From NCBI RefSeq assembly GCF_020564625.1, contig NZ_JAJBZT010000002.1:387141-451140 (forward strand): a stretch of 64,000 nucleotides of DNA, written 5' to 3'. Made by a program: the position numbers and the translations under genes. Within the stretch, counting starts at the first letter, position 1, and the number at the start of each line of letters is the position of its first letter. The notes below the pieces were generated by a model. That model saw only the letters and a program-made list of their open reading frames with translations. It was not told the origin of the DNA and did not search any database. Below, piece by piece: positions 1-8,920 of the stretch. This DNA is from Leeia speluncae (GTDB lineage Bacteria > Pseudomonadota > Gammaproteobacteria > Burkholderiales > Leeiaceae).

Positions 1-2
1 TC

Positions 3-194
3 TTGGCTGCCCATCCATCAGAATTTGACCCTCGCAAATATCTGAAAGAAACCGTGACTGCAATGCGTGACATTTGTATTGCCCGTTACGAAGCATTTGG
101 TGCAGCAGGCCAAGCCAGCAAGATCAAAGCGATTTCACTAGATGCAATGGCGACCCGCTATAGCAAAGGCGAATTGAGCCAAGTGGTTCGCTAA
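3..194 (+). CDS. fba: Fructose-bisphosphate aldolase class II, C-terminal fragment (gene starts upstream of the window)
   Basis: The C-terminal motif FDPRKYL...ARYEAFGAAGQASKIK...YSKGEL matches the C-terminus of class II Fba. Confidence 0.55.
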   Translation: MAAHPSEFDPRKYLKETVTAMRDICIARYEAFGAAGQASKIKAISLDAMATRYSKGELSQVVR

Positions 195-223
195 ACACAA
201 GTAGTACCCAGTCGTGAACACGG

Positions 224-258
224 AAACAGCGATGCCTTTGGTATCGCTGTTTTTGTTT
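224..258 (+). terminator. Rho-independent terminator after fba
   Basis: A GC-rich hairpin (acagcgatgcc / ggtatcgctgt) is followed by a TTTTTGTTTGT tract. Confidence 0.55.
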
Positions 259-333
259 GTGCGACATCACCATTGACGATGAATAGGCGACACGGCATTC
301 TTCCGCTAACCATATTTCCTCTGTTGTTCACCC

Positions 334-1140
334 ATGTCCATCCACTCTGCCGCTTGGTATCACAACGAAAGCCTAGAAGTCGCGCGGTTAACTGCTCGGC
401 AAGGGGATGCGTTTCCTAAGCATAGCCATGATGAGTATGTGATTAGCGCAAGTTGCATGGGTTATGAAACGGTTTGGTTAGAAGGAGCGCAATTAGAGGT
501 TTTACCCGGGCAAGTTACCTGTTATAACCCAGACGAAATGGAAGCTTCGCTCTACACCGGCGAAATCGCCCAGTTTGTCTCGGTGTACCTACCAAAAACC
601 TTAGTTGCTGACTTTATCAACCAGGCCGCAATTGGCTCACGACATGGTCTGCCGCTACTAAGGACACCCGTTAGCGATAGTAAGACGCTATTTCAGAGCA
701 TATTGATGCTAGAAACCGCATTGCGAGACGCAGATGAAGCCAATACTGCACTCGCCACCCACCGCCTCCTTTCTGAGTTATTTCAACCTGACAATCTAAA
801 AGAAAGCCACGAAACCCCGATACATCATTTAGCAGGGGTCATCGACTGGATGCAACAGCAAAAACACCGCACGCTCACCCTCGATGAAATTGCACTGATC
901 AGCGGTATCGACAAATATCAGCTGACCCGCGCGTTTAACCGCCACACCGGCGTTAGCCCAATCAAATTCCATCAGTTACTTCGCATTAATGCAGCAAAGC
1001 AGCAACTTCGCAGAGGAGAATCTATCCTCGATACGGCCCTTTCACTTGGCTTCTTCGACCAAAGCCATCTCACTAATTTATTTAAGAAAGTAACGGGGAT
1101 TACACCGGCGCAGTATGCAGTGGTCGCACATAGCACATGA
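334..1140 (+). CDS. AraC-family transcriptional regulator (N-terminal cupin-like domain, C-terminal HTH)
   Basis: The C-terminal AraC signature is present: LSLGFFDQSHLTNLFKKVTGITPAQY. Confidence 0.8.
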   Translation: MSIHSAAWYHNESLEVARLTARQGDAFPKHSHDEYVISASCMGYETVWLEGAQLEVLPGQVTCYNPDEMEASLYTGEIAQFVSVYLPKTLVADFINQAAIGSRHGLPLLRTPVSDSKTLFQSILMLETALRDADEANTALATHRLLSELFQPDNLKESHETPIHHLAGVIDWMQQQKHRTLTLDEIALISGIDKYQLTRAFNRHTGVSPIKFHQLLRINAAKQQLRRGESILDTALSLGFFDQSHLTNLFKKVTGITPAQYAVVAHST

Positions 1141-1252
1141 TCAACTAATCCAGCGGAAGTCGTGTCAGCCATTCACTCTAAAAAAAACCACCCGTCGATA
1201 TTCATTTAGCATTTATACTTTGCTTTTCCAGTATGAATACCAGTTCATCAGC

Positions 1253-1768
1253 ATGCACCCCATTTCTCTTACCGATATCACCCTTCGTCAATGGGCAGAA
1301 GGAGATCAACCCGGCTTAATCGCACAGGCGAATAACAAAAACGTTTGGAGAAACCTTAGCCATCTTTTTCCTCATCCGTACACCCGTGAAGATGCCGACA
1401 ATTGGATCATGATTGCAAATGCTGACACCAAAAGCATACATCTTGCGATTGAATATCAAGGGAAGGTGATTGGCGGTATCGGCGCCGTGGCTGGCGAAGG
1501 TGTTTTTGCTGCAACCGTAGAAATTGGCTATTGGTTAGGAGAAGATTTCTGGGGTAAAGGATTTGCTAGCCAAGCGCTTACCGCGTTGACGGACTACCTA
1601 ATTACTCAGCAAACATTCGTGCGACTGCAAGCCACCGTTTTTGCTTGGAATGAAGCCTCTATGCATCTCTTAGAAAAAGCAGGATACGCACGGGAAGCCT
1701 GTTTACAAAAAAGTATTAGCAAAGATGGGCAGTTAATAGATAGTTTTATCTATGTCCGGTTTATCTAA
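1253..1768 (+). CDS. GNAT-family N-acetyltransferase (RimJ/RimL-like)
   Basis: An acetyl-CoA-binding-like motif is present (IGYWLGEDFWGKGFASQAL). The internal Met at 1253 is the likely start; the longer ORF from 1115 overlaps the araC-like gene. Confidence 0.7.
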   Translation: MHPISLTDITLRQWAEGDQPGLIAQANNKNVWRNLSHLFPHPYTREDADNWIMIANADTKSIHLAIEYQGKVIGGIGAVAGEGVFAATVEIGYWLGEDFWGKGFASQALTALTDYLITQQTFVRLQATVFAWNEASMHLLEKAGYAREACLQKSISKDGQLIDSFIYVRFI

Positions 1769-1870
1769 GATAAGCCTGTTGATGAGCAAGATAGAGCCAG
1801 TACAGTTAAAAATAGACCTGATTACCTGAGGCCAACCCCTACACCACCACCTGATCACACCATTAGCTTT

Positions 1871-2116
1871 ATGAAAAGCTTCTTCATAATGATTGTCTCT
1901 GCATTGATTTGCTTAGCAATGATGAAAATGGCTTTTCAAGATATGAATACCTGCCCACCTCAACGGCCAAACTGCATCAAAGCATCTGATGCACCGGGCT
2001 TGCATGATATGGCGCGGATTTTCTTCTTTTTTGTTGGCTGCATTGCGGGAGCTTCTACATTTTTAACGGTACGTGAGATATACCGAAAATTACGGTGGAT
2101 ATGGACAATTGATTAA
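1871..2116 (+). CDS. Small hypothetical membrane protein
   Basis: Only an ORF with two hydrophobic segments in a low-GC stretch. No recognisable motif. Confidence 0.25.
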   Translation: MKSFFIMIVSALICLAMMKMAFQDMNTCPPQRPNCIKASDAPGLHDMARIFFFFVGCIAGASTFLTVREIYRKLRWIWTID

Positions 2117-2172
2117 TCGCTAGAGGAGGGGCACGGGCTTATCTGTGACGCTATTCAAACGACCAACGACAT

Positions 2173-2685
2173 TCATTTTGTTCGCAGCAGAAAAGAAATG
2201 ACACAAAATATTAATGGCCAGATAGCTGGAAAGCTCATGTACACAAATAAACTAATATAAAACCAACGCTCTTCTAATTTTGTTCTTGGATATAACTCCA
2301 TCTCCATCATCTGTTTGTAATCAATCGCCGTAGACCCACTTTCATAAGTACGATGCAATTCTGATGCTCTCCCAATTACTCCAATCAGCCCTACAAAAAT
2401 AAAGATCAAAAGATAAAGAGACTTGTTAAAAAGAAAAGCCGAGTGGATCATTAATAGGAAAGCGCTCTGCCCTATCATACTGTAGGCATCTTTTGATATA
2501 GATGGTAGTAGGATAAGCAGAAAAGAAACTATAGCAATAACTAAATGAAAATACGCAGAGTTTCTTAAACACCACTGAAGGCGGAAAACTAATTGTGGCC
2601 TTCTAGAAAGCACATCGCAATCCGCTTCTACTGGCTTAAGTTTTATACCGTATAATTTCAACAGTTGCTCTTTACTTAAACTCAT
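2173..2685 (-). CDS. Hypothetical polytopic membrane protein (low-GC region)
   Basis: A 170-aa ORF with four to five hydrophobic helices and AT-rich codon usage. Confidence 0.35.
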   Translation of the reverse strand: MSLSKEQLLKLYGIKLKPVEADCDVLSRRPQLVFRLQWCLRNSAYFHLVIAIVSFLLILLPSISKDAYSMIGQSAFLLMIHSAFLFNKSLYLLIFIFVGLIGVIGRASELHRTYESGSTAIDYKQMMEMELYPRTKLEERWFYISLFVYMSFPAIWPLIFCVISFLLRTK

Positions 2686-2761
2686 TTATGGTAGCTTTCT
2701 TGATCCAAACACTCTAGCGATCATAACATGACAAAAGCTTATGGCAGCAAGCACTTACATC

Positions 2762-3430
2762 TCACCTAACTGCCTGCTTCAATATCAGCTGCACATAGCC
2801 ATCTGTACTCACCTGCCAAGCAAACCACGCAAATAGGATAGCGGAAAGTACATGGAAGATCTGTAGTAGTTTGGGGCCCATGATTTCGCCACCTTTGTGT
2901 GCTACCGCAGCTAAGCCCATTGTCCACACCATGCCGGCCAAAACAAACCCGCCCAAGAAGATGGCTTGGTGGGTGAGGTCTTGGTGGCCGGAGCGGGCAA
3001 TCAAAGCGCCACCGACAACGGCAAACCAAATAATCGCCGAAGGAGATGACAGTGCGAGTGCAATCCCTTTGAAGAATTGTTTGCGGTGATCAGTAGCATC
3101 TACTTTTTCGCCGCGAGGTAGTGTTTCACCCGGCTTAATCGCTAGCCAGAGCATTTTGGCAGCTAAGTAGAGCATGACTATCGTGCCGAGAATCCACATC
3201 ACCCAGCGCACTGCTTCAAATTGCAACAGAGAACTCATCCCAACGAGTGCCAAAATGGCGTATGTTAAATCGCCAATACAAGAGCCAAAGCCTAGCCAGA
3301 CGCCAGACCAGTAGCCACGTTGCATGGCAAGTGTGAGGATAGCGATATTCACGATGCCGATATCTAGGCAAAGAGAAAGCGAAAGTAAAAAACCATTGCT
3401 GGCAGTGCTAAACATGGATGACTCCTTCAA
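2762..3430 (-). CDS. LysE/RhtB-family amino-acid exporter
   Basis: About 210 aa with six hydrophobic helices and a LysE-type N-terminus. The start may instead be the Met at 3415. Confidence 0.7.
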   Translation of the reverse strand: MKESSMFSTASNGFLLSLSLCLDIGIVNIAILTLAMQRGYWSGVWLGFGSCIGDLTYAILALVGMSSLLQFEAVRWVMWILGTIVMLYLAAKMLWLAIKPGETLPRGEKVDATDHRKQFFKGIALALSSPSAIIWFAVVGGALIARSGHQDLTHQAIFLGGFVLAGMVWTMGLAAVAHKGGEIMGPKLLQIFHVLSAILFAWFAWQVSTDGYVQLILKQAVR

Positions 3431-3558
3431 ACTTGCGGCTAGCTTAATGGTTTTTGTTTGGCTTGGCTTGGAAGAAATTGCAGATGGCTGTCACTGTTTT
3501 TGTAAGATATTCGGCGTATGATCGACCAAATCATAGCCACTAACTTTGGAGCCGATGG

Positions 3559-4440
3559 ATGAAACAGTCTCGGGATTTATTGCTTTCTTTATATTCGTTA
3601 GCGATGGTTGTTGAGGCGAGAGATGCCTACACAGGCGGCCATTTGTGGCGGGTGTCTCGGTTTAGCCATTTGTTGGCAAAGACAGCTGGCTTATCGGATA
3701 AAGAGTCTGCCTTAATTGCTCTGGGTGGTTTTTTGCATGACCTAGGCAAAGTAGGCGTGCCCGATGCGATCTTAAATAAAAGAGATAAGCTGACGGACGA
3801 AGAGTATGCGGTGATTAAAAACCACCCACAAATTGGGGCAGATTTATTAACGAATCACCCACTTGCGAATTTGGCGATGGATGCGGTGTTTATGCACCAT
3901 GAAACGCCAGATGGCAAAGGCTACCCGCAAGGCTTAAGCAAAGAGGCGATTCCCACTGTCGCGAAAATTGTGGGGATTACAGATGCATTTGATGCGATGA
4001 CTAGTTCGCGCCCTTATCGCCAAGGGATGCCGATTACACGCGCGATGCAGATTATTGGAGAGAATTTAGGCACACAGTTTGATGCAGATTTGGGACGGGT
4101 GTTTATTCAGCTAGCCGAAACTGACGCGCTCACGCATATTGTTGGCCATAGCGAACCGGGTATTCCGCTGCAATCTTGCAATATGTGCGGGCCGATTATT
4201 CCTGTGCGTAGACGATCTAAACAGGGGGATGCGGTGTATTGCCCTTCTTGTACCTCAGAATATTCGGTGAATCGCACCGGTAGTGAGTTATCTCTCACAC
4301 CAACCGGTAAGCAAGTACGGGCAGCGGCGTTAAAACATGAAGTAGATATTGATTTGATTGGAGAGCTACTGTCCGAAGTATCACCTTACGTGTTTATCGA
4401 ACAACGCACGGGCAATTGGCTGTCTCGCATGTTCTCTTAA
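3559..4440 (+). CDS. HD-GYP domain c-di-GMP phosphodiesterase with C-terminal Cys4 (CxxC...CxxC) zinc-ribbon-like tail
   Basis: HD motif (GGFLHDLGKVGVPD), HHETPDGKGYPQGL (GYP motif) and C-terminal CNMCG...CPSC. Confidence 0.8.
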   Translation: MKQSRDLLLSLYSLAMVVEARDAYTGGHLWRVSRFSHLLAKTAGLSDKESALIALGGFLHDLGKVGVPDAILNKRDKLTDEEYAVIKNHPQIGADLLTNHPLANLAMDAVFMHHETPDGKGYPQGLSKEAIPTVAKIVGITDAFDAMTSSRPYRQGMPITRAMQIIGENLGTQFDADLGRVFIQLAETDALTHIVGHSEPGIPLQSCNMCGPIIPVRRRSKQGDAVYCPSCTSEYSVNRTGSELSLTPTGKQVRAAALKHEVDIDLIGELLSEVSPYVFIEQRTGNWLSRMFS

Positions 4441-4519
4441 TCGATTACTCACCTCATCAACAAACACCCCGCCACATTGGACGGGGTGTTTTGCTTTCTA
4501 TTGGCGAAATGCGAAGCAC

Positions 4520-6067
4520 TTACACAGCGGCATCTTCATAGGTATCTTCAATGTCTTGAATGCGATCTTGACGCTTGTTGATACGATCACCCAATGGAGG
4601 GCCTTGGAAGCGGTTACGTTCACCCAGTACCCACCAGAACACCAACATGACGCCCGATAGACCCAGTGTTAGGTAAAGCACTTTCTCGTTTGGCGGTTGG
4701 ATACCCACGTACACAAGTAAAGAACCACCAATGGTTGCTAGCACAGCAATTGGTTTAGACCATTTTCCTAGGTTAAATGGGCCTTTGTGTGTCCATGTTT
4801 TTCCTTCTGCAAAGATGCCTGCAGCAACTGGCATTACATAAGAAATGTACAAGAACACGGCACACGCGGTAGACAACACAATGAAAGCATCACCGTATAA
4901 AGTCGCGATGAACGATAGTGTTGCACATACCCAAATCGCCAAACCTGGTGTGCGGTGTGTATGGTTCACTTGTTTCAATTGGTGAGAGAAAGGTAAACCG
5001 CCATCACGCGCAAACGCGTACATCATGCGAGAAGTAGAAGTTAAACCCGCTAGCGCACATAGGTAGTTAACAACAAAGATACCAATACCTAGTGCCACCT
5101 TTAGGCCATACGGCAACGGGCTAAGTAGCGCTTCGAAGAAGCCTAAGCCTTGCTTCACCCCTTCTTTTAAGTCTGGCATCACCAATACAAAAGTAGAAAT
5201 CATGATAAAACCGAACACAGCCGAATAGAACACCGCGCGCATAATGCCTTTTGGCACGTTTTCTGTCGCGTTGTGGGTTTCTTCTGAAGTATGGGCAGAA
5301 GCATCAAAACCAGTGATGGTATACACAGTTAGCAATAAACCAGACAAGAACACCATACCTAGGTGATCTGTTTTTGGCCACCAGCTGCCTTCTTCGCCGG
5401 TAAAGTTGGTGAAGGTATATAGGCGAGAGAAGTCTAGTTTGGTTGGTGAGTAGATCAGCAAACTAACGGTCAGCACAATCGCAACAATAAAGATCAGATA
5501 GCCTGAAATGTCGGTCAGCTTACTAGTGAGTTTGATACCCATGTGGTTTAGATAGGCTTGGCTAATCGTTACCCCTGCAATAAATAGGGTTTGATGTGTC
5601 CAAGTAAGTTTGGCAGGATCAATGCCCAAGAGTGGGGCAATCAGGGTTTTGAAGAAAGGATCGTAAACGCCAAAGTTAACTGACGCGATCACAAAAATTA
5701 ACCCTAATAGGTTAAACCAAGCCGTTGCCCAGCCAAACCCTTTGCCACCAAGAATAGAACCCCAGTGATAGAGACCACCTGCCGTCGGGTAACTAGAAGC
5801 AATTTGAGACATTGCTGCCGCCACCACTAGCGCAAACATCGCACCAATTGGCCAGCCAATCCCAATGGCCGCGCCACCACCAGCACCCAAGCCCGCTGGG
5901 AATGCCGTAATACCACCTGCTAAAATACAAATAATCGAGAACGAAATGGCGAAGTTGGAGAATCCACTCATTCGCCTTGCTAGCTCTTGGGCATAGCCCA
6001 TGCTGTGCAGGAGTTTTTCATCATCATCTGGTACATGATGCTTTCCGGTTTGCTGAATATCACTCAT
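4520..6067 (-). CDS. APC-superfamily amino-acid/amine permease
   Basis: About 12 TM helices with an amino-acid-permease N-terminal signature (SGFSNFAISFSIICILAGG). Confidence 0.8.
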   Translation of the reverse strand: MSDIQQTGKHHVPDDDEKLLHSMGYAQELARRMSGFSNFAISFSIICILAGGITAFPAGLGAGGGAAIGIGWPIGAMFALVVAAAMSQIASSYPTAGGLYHWGSILGGKGFGWATAWFNLLGLIFVIASVNFGVYDPFFKTLIAPLLGIDPAKLTWTHQTLFIAGVTISQAYLNHMGIKLTSKLTDISGYLIFIVAIVLTVSLLIYSPTKLDFSRLYTFTNFTGEEGSWWPKTDHLGMVFLSGLLLTVYTITGFDASAHTSEETHNATENVPKGIMRAVFYSAVFGFIMISTFVLVMPDLKEGVKQGLGFFEALLSPLPYGLKVALGIGIFVVNYLCALAGLTSTSRMMYAFARDGGLPFSHQLKQVNHTHRTPGLAIWVCATLSFIATLYGDAFIVLSTACAVFLYISYVMPVAAGIFAEGKTWTHKGPFNLGKWSKPIAVLATIGGSLLVYVGIQPPNEKVLYLTLGLSGVMLVFWWVLGERNRFQGPPLGDRINKRQDRIQDIEDTYEDAAV

Positions 6068-6239
6068 CTCTACCCTCTTTATATCTAAAATGACAACTTG
6101 CGTTTACAGCTAGACACGACGCCAGTACCTACGCACTGGTTATCTCTACCCGGCAAAGCCGCTATCCTAGTAGCGCCTTACCATTGGGCATGAAGCAGTA
6201 AAACCGTCCTCCTTTCCTCATTCGAACGGGCCAATTGGC

Positions 6240-7697
6240 TCACGATGAAAACCATCCCCGACACATGTTCAGGGCTTGATGAAATCGAGGACGCAAAGCA
6301 GCCAATGTAGGCGCCCCCGGTTGATAGACCTGCTGAAGTAGTTCAGCAGGTTGAAATGCGGCTGAATCCAATGCAAGACTGCCTAAGCGCGCAGTCCCCA
6401 AACTAGTGATATCTGCATGCGAAAAGACCGTGACAGGCCGTTGAAGTAAGTCGGTAAAAAACTGGCAGAAGTACGGATTCTTGGTAATACCGCCATCGAT
6501 CGACAATTGCCCTAGATGTGGCTGAATAGCCGACAAGGTATCGACAATTTCTGCCGCACGTAAGGCAATCCCTTCTACTACCGCACGGCACAGATCTGCT
6601 TTCGTGGTGTCTTGCCGCATGCCCATCCATTGCCCTGCTGCGTGGCGATCCCAGTATGGGCAGGCAAGCCCGGCCAATGCCGGCACAAACACTAAGCCGC
6701 GCGCTAGCGCGCTTGGACCTTGGTAGGTCGATAACTCGGCGTAGTCTGAAAATAAACCTAAGCCTTTTAACCACTCGATGGCCGCCCCTGCGGTATACAT
6801 GCCACCATCGACCGCATACGTGGTGTTTACGACCCCACCCGCCCTGCTCGGTAATGTCCAAGCAAGCGTAGGCAGCAGCCCATCACCCGCATGGAGATGA
6901 GGCTTTTCACCCGTCAATGCCAAGGCAAAAGCACCTGTGCCAAAGGTGATTTTCATGTCCCCCGCTTGCTGACATTGATGCCCAAACAACGCGGCTTGCT
7001 GGTCTACCACCACTGCCACAAGTGGTGCGCCATCCGATTCTGAGCCAATAGAAAGCCGACCAAAATCCGCCACCGTTGGGCGAATCGTCGGCAATGTTGC
7101 AGTTGGAACACCAAAGCGATCACAGAGATGATCATCCCAATTGGCTGTGTGCAGGTTGGCCAGACTAGTACGTGAGGCCGAACTGGTATCGGTTGAGTAA
7201 TGCCCAGTTAATCGGCTGACAAAGAAAGCATCACTGGTCGATAGCCGTAATCGGTTTGCTTGATAAGCTGCTTTTACCGCCGGTACTTCATGAAACAACC
7301 AACGTAGTTTAGATGCAGAGAAGTAGGCATCTAATGGCAAACCGGCTCTGGAGAGGGTTTCTTGTTCTAACCCTTTCAACCGCTCTTCTTCTAGCCATGC
7401 TTGGGTGCGTTGATCTTGCCAAACAATGGCTGGGTACAAGGGCAAACCGGTCTCTGCATCAGAAGCCACCACCGTTTCGCCTTGGTGCGCTAACGCGAGC
7501 GCATCAAACTTGCCGGCCATTCGAATTAAGGTTTGTATATTGTGTAATAGCGCTTCCGCGTCTTGCTCTACCCAGCCCGCTTGTGGGTGCATGGTTTGGT
7601 GCGGCAGCCGCCCTACTTCGGTAAACCCACCGGCTTCGTCTAATAAATAGGCTTTGGTTAAAGTAGTACCTTGATCGATAGCGAGGATTTTTCTCAT
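6240..7697 (-). CDS. FGGY-family carbohydrate kinase (glycerol-kinase-like)
   Basis: N-terminal ILAIDQGTT motif with the FGGY N- and C-domains. The start at 7697 overlaps the upstream stop by 4 nt. Confidence 0.75.
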   Translation of the reverse strand: MRKILAIDQGTTLTKAYLLDEAGGFTEVGRLPHQTMHPQAGWVEQDAEALLHNIQTLIRMAGKFDALALAHQGETVVASDAETGLPLYPAIVWQDQRTQAWLEEERLKGLEQETLSRAGLPLDAYFSASKLRWLFHEVPAVKAAYQANRLRLSTSDAFFVSRLTGHYSTDTSSASRTSLANLHTANWDDHLCDRFGVPTATLPTIRPTVADFGRLSIGSESDGAPLVAVVVDQQAALFGHQCQQAGDMKITFGTGAFALALTGEKPHLHAGDGLLPTLAWTLPSRAGGVVNTTYAVDGGMYTAGAAIEWLKGLGLFSDYAELSTYQGPSALARGLVFVPALAGLACPYWDRHAAGQWMGMRQDTTKADLCRAVVEGIALRAAEIVDTLSAIQPHLGQLSIDGGITKNPYFCQFFTDLLQRPVTVFSHADITSLGTARLGSLALDSAAFQPAELLQQVYQPGAPTLAALRPRFHQALNMCRGWFSS

Positions 7698-8920
7698 TGA
7701 TCTTCCGCCCGTAAGGTGAGCTGTGTTGCACCTTGCCAATCCCCTTTTGGCCAGCTTAGCTGCACACGTCTGGTGGGTTTGGCGGAAATCATTTCTCTCC
7801 CGAGCGGCACACCATCTGCAAACCAGCGTAAACGCAAATCGCTAACCGGTTGGCTGACTCTTGCTCGCATTAATAATGCCGCGTGATCTGGTTTAGCAAA
7901 ATGGAGCCGTTGCGGGTAGAGGTATTGCAGTGGGAGCGCGGGGTCTAACTGAAGTTGGGTACTGAGTTCTGTTGGCGGCAGTGCGTTGTTTAAGTCTCGT
8001 AAGATCGCGAAAGCCGCGGCTCTACCTTCTGCAGCGGCAACACCACTATGCTCGACCGGTCGTAACACATTACCCGCGGCAAAATAGCTTGGGTCACTAC
8101 AGCGCAATTCGCTATCAATCGCGGGGCCTTTGGTTCGTGGGTCTACCATTAGGTGGCTGCTACGAATAATGCCGGTTTCTGGCACAAACTTTCCGCTCAG
8201 AATCACGCCGTCACAGGCTTGTTCCCAAGTAGTGTGGTTTGACCGCAAAGTAACGCCATCTACTTTATCTAGGCCATGAATCGCAACCAATTGTGTGTCG
8301 GTATGCACAGGTACGCCAAACACCGTATCGCTAATTAAGGCGGCAGGACCAGGCGCAAGCACTTCTTCCCCTGCTTCAATCAGCATCTGCGGTTTAACAC
8401 CCATGTGTTTCAGCGTCAGTAAACTAGAAAAGCTAACCCATTCAGAACCCACTACAATGGGGTGACGCATCGGCAATTGCTGCTTTTCGTACACCCAACG
8501 CTGTAACGCGCCGGTATTCATGACGCCAAATGGCCGCATGCCCCCAACTAAACTAGCTGCGCGAGTGGTTTCCCGAATGCCTGTAGTGAGTAAGACGCGC
8601 TCGGCATGCAAGGTCTGCACGCCACTCGCATCACGAATCAGCAATTCACCATTTGCTTTTAACGCGAGGACCGTTGTATCGCACTTCAGGATTTCAGCCG
8701 GGATGCGATGGCGTAGCGCGTTTGCATACGCAGGGCCTTTCATCGGCCAATGAAAATCGAATACGCCAAAACCACTATGCCCACAGTGACGAGGCAACCC
8801 ACCTGCGGAAGACTCACGTTCCAGTACCAGTAGATTGGTGACACCGTATTGCCATAAGGTATATGCAGCCGTTAATCCGGCTGGGCCTCCGCCAACAATC
8901 ACGATGGGGCGCTGGCTCAT
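7694..8920 (-). CDS. FAD/NAD(P)-binding oxidoreductase (GlpB/HcnB-like small subunit)
   Basis: N-terminal Rossmann motif VIVGGGPAGLTAAY. The gene is translationally coupled to its neighbours on both sides. Confidence 0.6.
   Translation of the reverse strand: MSQRPIVIVGGGPAGLTAAYTLWQYGVTNLLVLERESSAGGLPRHCGHSGFGVFDFHWPMKGPAYANALRHRIPAEILKCDTTVLALKANGELLIRDASGVQTLHAERVLLTTGIRETTRAASLVGGMRPFGVMNTGALQRWVYEKQQLPMRHPIVVGSEWVSFSSLLTLKHMGVKPQMLIEAGEEVLAPGPAALISDTVFGVPVHTDTQLVAIHGLDKVDGVTLRSNHTTWEQACDGVILSGKFVPETGIIRSSHLMVDPRTKGPAIDSELRCSDPSYFAAGNVLRPVEHSGVAAAEGRAAAFAILRDLNNALPPTELSTQLQLDPALPLQYLYPQRLHFAKPDHAALLMRARVSQPVSDLRLRWFADGVPLGREMISAKPTRRVQLSWPKGDWQGATQLTLRAEDQ

Noticed and set aside
6403-6861. 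Antisense and alternative-frame ORFs nested inside large genes (for example 6403..6861, 19779..20129, 37960..38448, 45894..46355, 48582..49082)
   Set aside because: They lie fully within strongly supported genes on the other strand or in another frame. They have Arg/Ser/Pro-rich low-complexity translations and no motifs, the typical shadow ORFs of GC-biased coding DNA.
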